DNA of 64,000 nt from NCBI GenBank assembly GCA_000708835.1, contig DF237356.1:1-64000 (forward strand), read 5' to 3'. Position 1 is the stretch's first letter. Every line of letters begins with the position of its first letter. A program made the translations under genes and the position numbers. The notes beneath the pieces were generated by a model. That model saw only the letters and a list, made by a program, of their open reading frames with translations, searched no databases and had not been told where the DNA came from. This document shows, piece by piece, positions 1 through 12,200 of the stretch. The stretch is from Klebsormidium nitens (lineage: Eukaryota > Plantae > Klebsormidiophyceae).

Positions 1-244
1 GACAGGTAGCGGTACGGTACTTTTCAAGCCATAATAGTCCTCTGGTATGTACCCTGTTGTACCACGTGGATATGACAAGCCATCCGATTGGCCAAGAAAT
101 CTGGAAAGCTTTTTGCAGCTTTTCGGTCGACGCGCACCCTTACGTCGACCATTCTCATCTTACACAGGAGACGAATCCAACCTACTACGCTGCCACTCCA
201 TTCTGCGCCAACTTCGGATGAAACACTGCTGTCCGCTGACCTAC

Positions 245-3200
245 CTTCTCGGACGTCCGAACTCGGCTCTCCCTCTTTGTCCGCATCCTCCGGGCCCTGT
301 TCGCCTGCCGCAGCCCGTGCGTCCGCCTGCGGTTCGCCAGGCTTTTCCGCGCGCAGGCCTGCTGACAGGGCCTTTTCGTAGTAGGGCACAGCAAGGTGCA
401 CCAAGCCCATCTGGTGGTAGGCCCTGCCCAGGTTGAAGTCGGCTTCCTGCAAAGTCACAGGTTGGAGTTGGGTAAGGTTTCAAATTTGAGGGTCAACAGG
501 TTAGGATTGGCAGGGTCGAAGCGTAAGAAGTTGGAAGGTCTCACAGGTTTAGAGGTTGGACTTAGAAAGAGTACAGTTGAGAAGATTCACAGGTTTGGAG
601 TTAAAAACGGCTCCAATCTCGAAGCTTTACACTTTGAAGTTGGAAAGTGATACAAAACACAACGGTCACAATTTGAAATTCGGGGCAAGTTGCAGTCTCG
701 ATGCTCATAGGTTGGATCTTGGTAGAGTCACACTCTCGAACTTTGACAGGTTGGACTTAAGGAGGGTTGCAGCTCCGCACTAAAGTACGGTGGTTGTCAG
801 AGGCACCAAGGCACGACCATCGAGTGCAGCCTGAAAGGGCACGGGTTGGAGCTGGGGAAAAGTAAAGGTCTGGAGACGAAGCTCTTGGCACTGTAATTCG
901 ACGGGTCATGCCTGAAAAGGGATGACGGTCCTGGAAAAGTGTGGACGGTGTGCCCTTGATATTGAAAATTGTCAGGCCACTTTCTCAAGATACCGTCTCT
1001 ACTTCAAACGAAGGCTTAGCCCGACCTTGCATCACGTTCGTTGCGCAAGCGACAGCGGTTCATGATAAAGATAAGTAGAAAGGCAGGCGAGCCGATTAGG
1101 AACGTCCAGGAGACGCGAACCAGAAGCACTTCACCAGAATGGCTGCGCCCTTAACGGCCCACAACGCAGCGCAGAACGGAAATGAGAAGAAGAAAATGGA
1201 AAGCGCCCGGCGAAGCTCACCTGGCTGCCCCCGGCCAGTCTGTGGTATTTGTACAAAAAGGCAAAGCCCTGCAGCACTGCCCGGTTGCGGTGGCTCGTGC
1301 GCCGGTTCATCGCGTGGTGCAGGAAAGCCAGGCCTGTATACAAAAGGAAAGCTCACTCTGGTCGACTTCGAGAGATTTCCTTCGATGACTATTAAGCTGA
1401 GCGACAGCGGGAGTCTTTGAGAAGTGATGCGCGTGTGAGTGAAGTGGTTGGAAAACTTGAACGTCATTGGCTTTTCCCTTGTGGGCCGCAAAAGCGGAGG
1501 CTTGGGGCGTCCACTTTGGGTCGAAGCAAAAACAGTGCCCGAGACTCTTAGCAGGTCCTGGCCTTTGCGATTTGCGATCTACGAGTAAGACTGGTGGGGA
1601 ACTTTTATTGTTGTCTTTCCAATACGCCAAAGTATTCCAGAAGAACATGTGTTCCATTCCAGCTTTGCATGCAAAACCACATTAACCCCAATACCTGTCT
1701 TATTCAAACCATAGAAGCAGGACTAACCATAGCTTATGAGCGGCTCATACCCGAACTAGCCCGCCTACTCACGAAGGCTACTACCAAACAACTTTTACGA
1801 GCCTGTTCTCGATCAAACGAAAGGAAGTGCATCCAGCAACCCCGAAGGTGCATGCACAGCTTGTCCAAGAGCATTCGCACCTGTGTCATGAGAAAGTTGA
1901 TCACAACACGAAATCAGGATGACCAAAAACTACGCACCGTAGGAAAGGCGTATGAGCGGCCCGTCGGGGAGGTGCGCAATCCAAAACTTCATATAATGGA
2001 GACCAACAAAGGACTTCAGCGGGATTATGAGGGACGCACCGATGGAGAGGCTTATGAGCGGCTCGTCCGGGAGCTGCGCGTGCGCGCGCGCGTACTCGCG
2101 GAGCGCGCTCGCGTGCTTCTGGCTGGACGCGTACTGGTGCCCGCACAGCATCGCGACAGGGACGCTGCCCGGGTGCTTCACGCGCAGCTGGAACAGCCAC
2201 TTTCGGTACGGCAGGTATCCGCCAGACCTGCGCCGCAAATCTGTCGCGTGTTAGCAGCTCAGAGTGAGCGCTGTTTGCAGATGAATTCTTATGCTTTTGC
2301 TTCTTCCAAAAGATGCGGCCGAGACGCTCGACGAGTGCTCTACGCGAGTTGGAAGAGCCACTTTCGGTACGGCAGATAACCGCGAGACCTGCTGCGAGAT
2401 GAGTTGGGGTCGGGTTCTTGGGTGGTAGAAGTTGAGCGTAAGCGGAGGTTAGCATTGCGAAGCTTTGGGGCTTTGGGGCAAAGCTTTACGGTTGAGACGC
2501 TCGTTGAGTATTGTATGCAAAAAGCCAGACTTTTGGACGGGACGCAGACCCCAAACCAGCCGCAGACCCCAAACCTTTTATCAGGTTTACCACTTCGAGT
2601 AGGAGAGAAAAAAGGTTAACAGGGTTAAGAGTTCAGTTATCGAGGCTTTGGTTTAATGGTGCCCACGTGTTTCTTCGGCTTGGACGCTCATCAATTGCTG
2701 GAGGCGGAGCAAGGACAGCACAATTGATAGCCAGGAGACCCGCCAGAGTTGATATCTCTCGAATATGGACAAAACGATAGGGCTTTTGGAGATAGACACA
2801 AAAGCTGCCTTAGTATTGCGTTATGCGCCCTCTCACGAATGAGCGACAATCTCGACCGCGGCCTTCTGCGACAAATTGTTGGCTTCCAACATCCAAGTTC
2901 GAACTGGCAGAATGTCTACCCGACAAGGTCAGTGCGCGTCTGAGCCCTGAAAATGGTACTCCTAGCGCAGCAAAAGGGCGACGAGTTGAGGCCAAGACAG
3001 CCCACCTGGTCGCCTTTTCGTTGAGCTCGTTCCAGAGCGCCATGTTGTCGGGCTCTTCCTTGCATTTGTTGCGCAGAGTGTCACGCTCGCGCTCACCTGT
3101 CGGCCGCTCCGTGTACTCCACGCCTGAAAGCAGATCCAAAAACGGCACTGGTAAGTTTACTTTGGCCCAATGCCGGTTGCTTTAAGATCAGAAGCTCCGG

Positions 3201-6200
3201 GCACACCGTGTAGAATTTTCTTTCCCGAAACACCATGCGCTTCGCACTTGCACCCACCCTAGCCCCCAGAGTTCCTCCCACCCGGCCCTCCAGTGCTTAT
3301 CCTATTGCAACCGGCTGTCAACATGAATCGAGAATCAACAGACCTTGGCAAAGGGGAGAGCTTAAAAGCGGTAGTCTCTCACATTCTACTCCAAAAGATC
3401 ACTAATATATAGCCTCCCTAATTGATGCTTACAAAAGTTAGACCTGTACGGCGTTGTTGCAAGTAAGCCTGGAAAAGGAAGCCCAGAATCTAAACCTTGG
3501 ATCTGCATTCAAAGCGCTTCAATCCTCACCTGCGGTCAGCTGCTTCAACACTCGCCGCTGCTCCCGCTCAACCGCTTCCTCGGAGCGCACAATCATTCTA
3601 CAATCTCATTTACACGCAACCAAACCCACATAACGTCTAGACCATAAAGCTCCACAAAATGAAAACTTTCCTCCCCAAATCCTTGACCCCAAACCCGTTA
3701 ACCCATACTCCAGAGTGCTTTAACCCTCACCTGCGGTCAGCTGCTTCAGCATGCGCCGCTGCTCGCCGCTCAACCACTTCCCGAGGCGCATTTTGCATCT
3801 ACGACTCGACCAAATTCCAACCCACAAGACTTTCCACACAACGGTAGTTTTGGCATCTCAAAACCCTTTGACCCCATACCACCTTGACCCTTAACTCTTT
3901 GAACCCTTAACCCCTTATCTTTTGACCCTCACCTGCGGTCAGCTGCTTCAGCACGCGCCGCTGCTCCCCGCTCAGCCGCTTCCCCGGCGGCGCGTTCTTC
4001 GCGAGCAGCATCACCCGTTGCACGATCCCCGCCGCCTTCTTCAGCCGCCCCGTATCCGCCAGGCCTTTCACCACCTCGAAAAGCAGCTCGAACGACTCCC
4101 CCGATGTGAATACGTCCGGGATCAGCACCGCGGGCTCCGCCCCCGGCGGCTCGGCGAGCGCGTTCGCACCATCCGCTTCGTCCCCCCGAGACCCCGGCGT
4201 GGCCCCGATGACGTCAGCGTCGGCCGCGCCCCCCTCTCCGCTGACGTCAGCACGATCGTCCTCCCCCTCTCTGCCGACGTCAGCGTCCGCGGCCTCCTCC
4301 AACGCGTCCTCCTCTCGGCTGGCCGCGTCTCCAGTCGGGGGCACGTTCACACCGCCTCCTTCTGCCGTTCCCTGGGGGCCGTTCACACCGGGCTCTTCGC
4401 CCCCTTGCGCAGCCGCCTCGGCGGCGGCTTTCTCGGCCGCTTTCTCGCGCCGCGTTTTTTGCTTCTTTCGTGGTTGAGTCGGAGTATAACCCGCAAAAAC
4501 GTCCGCAGGATTTTGCCCGTCCAAGTTTCGGGCGTCCGAGCCGCGCTTCGACGTCGGCTGCCGGGCTTCAAGCGCCCGACGCTGTCGGGCCTGCACAATA
4601 GCTTATGCAATCGGAATAACGGCTCATGCAGACGGCTTGTCCACAACAGCTTATCCAACCATAAAGTTGGACGAGAGGTAAGGTTTCTTAATGTCTGAAG
4701 GTGACGCATCGAAGAGATAATGTTGTATTGAAGAAGGTTTGACCAGAGAAAAAAGAGCCAGCGTCCGATTTCGTCAGATAACTAGATTGTTATTCCTGCC
4801 GAGATCATCGGAGAGCGGTGGACTGGAGATGACTATCCTACTTAGCAGGTCGATCGCCGAAACCCTGGAACGTCTGCAAGTTCAAGTATTCGGCATGGAT
4901 CCGACGGAAGCAGATGAGGAGAAAGTACCCAAACAAGCAAGACAAGAGTCACAATCGGAGTCACAAGTGCGGACAAAGTGTGGAGAAAACGTCTCACCTG
5001 ATGCTCCCCCTCGATCGTTTCTTCCACTAGCGGCAGCGCGGCGTCGAGAAACGCGTCCGTGCCGCCCTGCGCGAGCTGAAACTTCGCGCGCATCATGCGT
5101 GCGCGCGCGCTCTCCCACCAGGGCGCCGTTCCGGTTCCGGTTCCGGTTCCGCTCTGGAGTGCGAGCGGGGGCGCGTCCAGGACGCGCAGACCGTCGTCGA
5201 AGCGGCGCAGGTGGAGGAGCGCGTCCGAGAGCGCGATGCGGGCGTCCAAGTCGTCCGGCAGCTCGACGAGAACTGAGGATGGGGACACGTGTCAGGATCC
5301 TAGTGGCCGAAATGGTTACCAAGGGGACCGCGTCCGTCAGCCCAATAAGATGCGGGCGTCCAAATCGTCCGGCAGCTCGACGAGAATTGAGGATGGGGAC
5401 ACGTGTCAGGATCCGATTGGCGGAAACCAAGGGGACCGCGGCCGTCAGACAGAAAGAGCGCATTGGAACCGTTCAAGCACTCAAACGCAAGAATGGTGTT
5501 GACATCTTCGTCTGATTGCTTACCAAATTCAGCATGATGGACACATTGATACGATGCTATACTACCTACTGTCAACCTGTGCATCTGAGACTGGTTGATC
5601 GCATCCAGGCAGTCTTCTTCAACCAGGACTATCGCTGACATCACTTTAAAAGTCGATTCCAGGCTCCGGAAGATGGACAAAGAGGATGACGGTGGAAAAT
5701 CCCCTGATCCATTCGTCAAGCATCAAGCTACGAACGTGATTGGGAAGAAGAAGCCCCGATACGAGTCCCGAAGCTCGACCTTCGACCATTCAAAGCTCCT
5801 CTTTTGCAAAACCTCTCGAGCTCCAGACATTGCTGCGCACTTACCCGTACCAAGCCACAGCGCGAGCTGGTTACTATGTGACCCTTTTAAACCCGTCACG
5901 CCAAACATGAGCAGCTTTCCGCACGTTCTTCAGGGCCGCTGTGTGGATCTCCACGAGGCATGCACACTTCCCCATCTCGCCAGGGCGCGGGCTGTCTAAC
6001 GCCGCAATTTCAAAACAATAATCCGACCAAACCCCAAGAAAGCTTGATCCACCTCTCCCTCATCATGTCCACAGCGGCTCCAAAACCTCAAAAACGAGGT
6101 TAACCCCATTGCTCTTCAGTCTTTTATCCACACCCTCCTCCAGCAGGTTTGTGACCTGGTGAACAAACTCAAGAAGGATGAACCGGATTTCTCCGCCACT

Positions 6201-9200
6201 AACGACTCTGAAGAGAAAACCATTTTCCAACTGAGTCTAGAGCAGCTGGACGCCGTTAAAAACTGCCCCACCTTAAACTTAGGAGCGGGCTGGTTGAACG
6301 CCACACACCCATCTTATGAGTCCCAAAAACCCCGTTTCATATCCCACATAAAACTTTGGTTTTATAAACCAGACTTCGACCAGATGCAAGCCTTGACCCA
6401 CCTTTTCTCAGCTTCTCCACAGCGGCCCTGTAATCCTCGACGAGCGCGTGGCACTACCCAATCTTGAACCGGAGCGCAGACTGATTAGATGCTGCAAACC
6501 CACATTTCAAACCAAAAACTAGGATTGAAGTCAAAAGCAAACTTTACCCACCTCTCCTCAGCTTTTCCACAGCGGCCCCGTAATCCTCGACGAGCGCGTG
6601 GCACTGCTCCATCTTGAACCAGAGCGCGGGCTGGTTGAACGCCGCAAACCCTTTTTGTAACCCGAAAAACACCCAAACTTCGACAGAATAAAATGTTGAC
6701 CCACCTCTCCTCAGCTTCTCTACAGCGGCCCCGTAATCCTCGACGAGCGCGTGGCACTGCCCCATCTTGAACCAGAGCGCGGGCTGGTTGAACGCCGCAA
6801 ACTTGGCCAGCACGCCGTAAAAGCGCAGCGCGTCGTGCGGACGTCCGACGGCCGCGTACGCGTCCCCGACGTCCATGAACAAGTCCGCGCACTCCTCGGA
6901 CGCCGTGCGCCGCAGGGGCTCCGTGTGGGCCTGGGAGGGGAGGATGACGTCAGCATATTATGTCTTGAAGAGTGCGAAGACAGGTGGTTAAGTTTAGCCT
7001 TTTGATACGCGTAAATATCTGGCATCAGTAAGTCACACAGATCTGCACACTCCTCGGACGACGCGCGCCGTAGGGGCTCCGTATGCACCTACAGGGGGAG
7101 AGATGACGTCAGCAATCTAGGCAACTGAAAGAGCAAAGAAAGGTGGCTGAGTTCCAGTTCTTGATTTTGCATATGATCTGGTGTCGATGAGGTACAAGAC
7201 AAACCTTTGCATCCTCGTACGCCGTGCGCCGCAAGGGCTCCGTGTGCGCCTGCGGGGGGAGAAATGACGTCAGTGCGAGGAGGAGGACGACGTCAGCAAG
7301 CCAGGGGGGGTTGCAGATTGCGAAGACCGGTTGCCAACGTCAGCTGTTAATTTGGTTTGAGTTCTATTGTCGGTTACTTCAAAGCAGGTCCGCGCACACA
7401 GAAGACGCCGCCGGGCGCAGGGGCTCCGTGTGGGCCTACAGAGGACGGAATGACGTCAGCAAGTCAGACGGTTTGAACGAGCGAGGCTGGATGAGTAACT
7501 TCAAACCTCGGCTAGCATATGTGTCTGGTGCGCGGTTTTCAAGAAAAGGTTCGTCCGCACGCCGCAGGGGCTCTGTCTGCGCCTGCAAGGAGGGGGGTGA
7601 CGTCAGCGATCCAGACGGTTCGAGCTTCAAAGACAGGTGGCTGAGTTGAGCTTTCGGTTGCGCATACAGTCCTAGTGTCGGTGATCTGCGTAAAGAGTAA
7701 GTGCACTCCTCAAAAGCAGTACGCCACAGGAGGTCCGTATGACCCTACGGGAAAGGGCATGAAGTCAGCTGGGAGATGGCTCGGTAGGGATTGCGGGTGG
7801 CTCTGACGCGCAACCTTGGCGAAGCAGGAGACCAATTGGGTATGGAAGTGGAGCATGAGAACTGTTGTAAAGGCTTCCGAAACCCTATCAAGGAATTGGT
7901 TAACAGAAGCAGTGTGCGTATGGCTCAGAGGAGCGACCGCCTTCTTACATGTATGTCGGTTGTAGGTGTGACCTTGTTCCCTTCGGAGCTTGTTCATCCT
8001 CAACCCGGGATGTGTGCCGTGGCAATCCAGAGTCCACCGAAACTCATCTTTCACGAGATGCACGAGAGAGGATAGCAATGAGAGAATCTCCCCCACTCAA
8101 CGTGTACGCTACCTAGATTGGATCCAAATGTCAGGATCTCTAGTTCTCTTGAAAACACGTTCTCCAGAAACACGGACGCTCGCAGAGCCATTGCGGGCGA
8201 CCAAAGGGCTCACCGCCGCAGCCTCGAAGTCGCCTAGGTACGCGTGGCAGATGCCCAGCTTGACCTCCAGGTCCGGCGGCAGCGCCACGCCTAGTTTGTC
8301 CCGCGCTGACGTCATCGCCGACACGGCGGCGCCGAACGCGCCGGCCTCCATGTGCAGCTCCGCCAGGATGTTGACAGCTGTCAGGTCGACGTGGCCCGGC
8401 GGGAGCCGTTGGATGACGGACTCCAGGACAGCTGTCGCCTTCTGAGCCTGACCCAGCTTGTGGAACATCTGCAGACCCAATGGGAGGGGAGACTTTGACC
8501 TCTGATTCGGTGGGGGTGAACAGCAATGCCTGTCCTTAGCAAAGAAACGAACGGAACCGCTGAGGTCTGTAGGACTCTGTGGAGTGGCGGAGAGGGAGAG
8601 AGGGCACTCTGAAACGGCGAGGCATTCCCGAATTATCGTCCTGACGGTGTGTTGCGTCTTTTGGGCCGGCGAACCGAAGGATCAGATAAATGGCGTTCTG
8701 GTTGAAGGACAAACGGGAAAGGAAACCAATCCTGACGGCAAATCCCAATGGTTGGCCTTGTGTGTCTGTTGTTGTTTTCAGATCCTAACGCTGAGCCTCT
8801 TTCCCCGCGTGAGCATCTCGGTGACCTTGGCATTGGCGGGCTGGTCTGCGTACAGCCTGTGAAAGTCGCTGCCTTTCAGATTTGAAGGCAACAAAAGCCC
8901 AAAACTAAGAACCCCAAGACTGTAAAGCTAGTTACCCAGATTCTGAATCTCTCACCCGCGCGTCTTGGCAACCTCGGGCCGGTCAGCGTGCAACTTCTCG
9001 AGCACGCTGCCGCCCTTGCAGAAGCTACTATAGTATTTAGAGTCAGTTCAAACCTCCGAATCTTGAGTCTCTCACCCGGGCGAGCATCTTGGCGACCTCA
9101 GCGTCTGCGGGCCGGTCAGCGTGCAGCTTTTCGAACTCGCTGCCGGCCTTCCGAAAGTCGCCCATCTCAGCCATCAGCACTGCGCGGTCCCAGCGCGCGT

Positions 9201-12200
9201 CCACGTCATCAGGCGCCCAGCGGATGACTTTGGAGAGGCAGTAGATTGCTTGCGCCGGGTTGTTTTGCTCCCTGGATGTAGGTTCTTGACAGTTCAGGGT
9301 CTCTTCTCCTTTTCAAGACAAGGAGTTTATGTCAGCGTCTAAGTCGTGATGCGCCCAGCGGAGAGCTTTGGAGAGGCTGTACATTTGCTTGCGCCACATT
9401 GTTCTGCTCCCCGAGGGTGGGAGATCGACTCAATCAGAGCAAGAAAAAGGAATCTCCAAAGGATGGGTAATGAAAAAACATGGAAGGCTGGAAAACATAC
9501 TTGAGCGAGCGCCAAGCGACACCCGTTGACGAAACCGAAGTTTGCCCGAGCTAGGTTGAACAATTCCTTTGTGAGGGAGCGGAGTTCGTTGGTTCAGTGA
9601 CAAAAGGAGTCAAAGGACAAAAGAGAAAAAGTTTTGGAGAGCGTACGAAGAGGGGAGGTTGCTCGATTGTCGAAGTCGAGGCGGAGGAGATTGGCAGCTA
9701 TCGGTCTTCCGTTGAATATCTCCAAGATTCAGAACCCAAACAAAAATTGAAGGACGGACTATCAAGCAAAACGACCGTCTGAAGAAAGGACTCGTGGGCG
9801 AAAGACCATCCTACTCTTCAACACCAAAAGACAGTCACCCAACAACTCAGATGCACGGCCCCAAGACCCGTCAATGCCTGAGCACTCACGTGGACCACCC
9901 GGCGAGGCGGCGCCAGAGCGAGAGGTCCTTGGGCGTGAGGTGCGCGGCAATCATGTAGAAGTTGAGCGCCTTGCGGCGGTCGCCAAGCGTTTCGTGGCAC
10001 AGGCCCAGCGTGTGGTACGAGTCTGCCACGTTGGGGGCCAACCGGACGACCTCCACCAGCACCTCCACCGCCTGGGGTCAGCAGCAACAAGGTTCTAGAA
10101 TCAGAATTTCAATGTTTTCATGTTTCAGAATCTACAGTATGGAGGGTGGGGCTTCGCGACATAGGCCGAGCGTGTGGCATGAGTCCGCCACGTTCGGCGC
10201 CAGGTGGACGACCTCCACCAAAACTTCAACTGCCTAGGGTGGCAAAAACATGGGTGTTAAGGATTTACTGATTCTTGAGGCTTTTGAGTCTTTTAGGGTT
10301 TTGGGGTTTAGGGCCTTTTAAGGTGGGGCTTCGTGGCACAGGCCCAGCGTGTGCTAGGAGTCCGCCACGTTGGGGGCCAAACGGACGACCTCCACCAAAA
10401 AGTTCTACTGCCTGGCAAACGATGCTTAGATGTTTCGGGTTTCGGAGTTTCTGGATTTGCAGGGGTTGAAAGTCGTGGGCCAAGGGCCTCGTAGCACTGG
10501 CCGAGAATCTGGGGCTCCGTATGAAAGTCGAGGGCTAGACTCGGGCCCCTTGAAACGCAGGGAAAACATGTTGTTTTCGACGAACGCTTTGATACGTCTC
10601 CGAAAGGCAGGGAGATCAATGTATCGTCGAACCCATAAGGTTCGGGACTTTATGAAGTGCTGACTGGCGCTGCAACATGCTGACCCTGCGTTTAAAGGGC
10701 CCGAGAGACGCACCTCCATCGTACTTCTTTTATCTGAAACCTGAGTCGGTACAAGTCGCTCAAATTTTGCAACTCGGAATTGATATTGGAGGGAGTTGCT
10801 CTGCCCTGCAAGGGTCACTGCCGGGAACTCTAGCCGACCTGCCAAAAGGTGTCGTAGCGATTCTTCATAAATCGAGACTTCAAAAGGCACTAAGAGCATG
10901 TAACATCTGGCACAGAGTACTGACATGAAAAGCAGAGCTTTAAACGCTTGAAGCGCCAAAGCATTGAGGCACAAAGTGCAAAAAACTCAGGCAAAGATGC
11001 AATAATCGAGAAGCGATTTGTGACCAGCTCAAGTCCTAGGATGAGTCGATCAACTGAAAAGGCACGTCTTGGCAAACCCACTTTTGTCCACCCAAGTAAG
11101 TGCACGCATTCTAGTGCACGGAATGCGGGGCGGGACCAGCTCCTCCACATCCCACCCAATACCAAGAATCACGTCGTCGTCGAAGTAACAGACGTCGAAA
11201 ACGTGACAGGACCGGAACAGGCTTGCGAAGAAGCAGAGAAAATGACGGAATACGGACTCCGAAGCGGACTTTGAGAAAAGGAAGTCAAAGGAAAGCCAAA
11301 GCGGATTTGATTGCCTCACCTCCTGATACTGCTCCGTGGCATAAAACAGATTCGCCTGCCCCAGCTTCCGCGTCACCTCCGCCGGCAGCCCCCGCGGCCC
11401 CGGCCGCCGGCCCCGCTTGCGCTCGAGCCCCCGCCGCCCCATCCGTCGTTCCTCTTGCTTGTCAAAGTGTTTGTCAAGCTCGCCCTTGGAACCATAGATG
11501 TCGTCCACGCTCGCGCCATAGAGCGCGGTCTTTTGTTTCTTCTGGGGGGGCTCGCTCGGACCCCTGGAAAGAAGCGGGTTAAGGTTGACGCCAAAAAGGG
11601 CTTGCAAGGTTTAGCTAATGATTGTCGTCCACGCGCGCGCCATGAAACGTGGTCCTCTGTTTCTTCTGGGGGGGCTCGCTCGGACACCCTGGGAGGGATC
11701 CGGTGAAGAAGGTTGGTGATCTGTATTTTGCGCGGTCGTTGGTGGTCGCGATGTAGAAAGCGAGTCTCGCTTTTCTGGGGGAAGTGAACAGGACTAACCA
11801 GAAAAACCGCACAGAGGGACATCGTTGTATTAGATTTAGATGTTTGTCTTCCACATTTACTTCATCAAGGATCTCGCACGCACAAATTGCAACTTCTGCT
11901 TCCTCTTGCACGGTTAACTTGTCGGATGCCTGGCCAGACGGAAGGTGTGAATGACGGAAGAGGAGAACCCAATCCGGCGAGGCTTATTTCGATGCAACAA
12001 AACCAAACATGCTCTAAACAACTCACGCCCCAGGTACCAAACCACAAAACCCAAAAGCGGCACCCAAATGGTACAAACGAACCATCTCCCCACGACTCCA
12101 CACACCAACGGCAGACAATCGCAACTTGAGGACACAGAAACTGCACATGAGACCCTTCCCTGCCCCCACTTCCAGCGACTCACCCCCCCACTTGCGCCCT

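Noticed and set aside
1594-2455. Long ORFs 1594-2379 (+) and 1901-2455 (-), and similar ORFs at 3922-4698, 4739-5515, 16016-16789 and 43377-44228
   Set aside because: They are antisense or alternative-frame shadows of GC-rich exons of identified genes, with no recognisable protein features.
5128-5152. ccggtt hexamer run
   Set aside because: It is a simple low-complexity coding repeat (GTGTGTGT) inside a TFIIIC exon.
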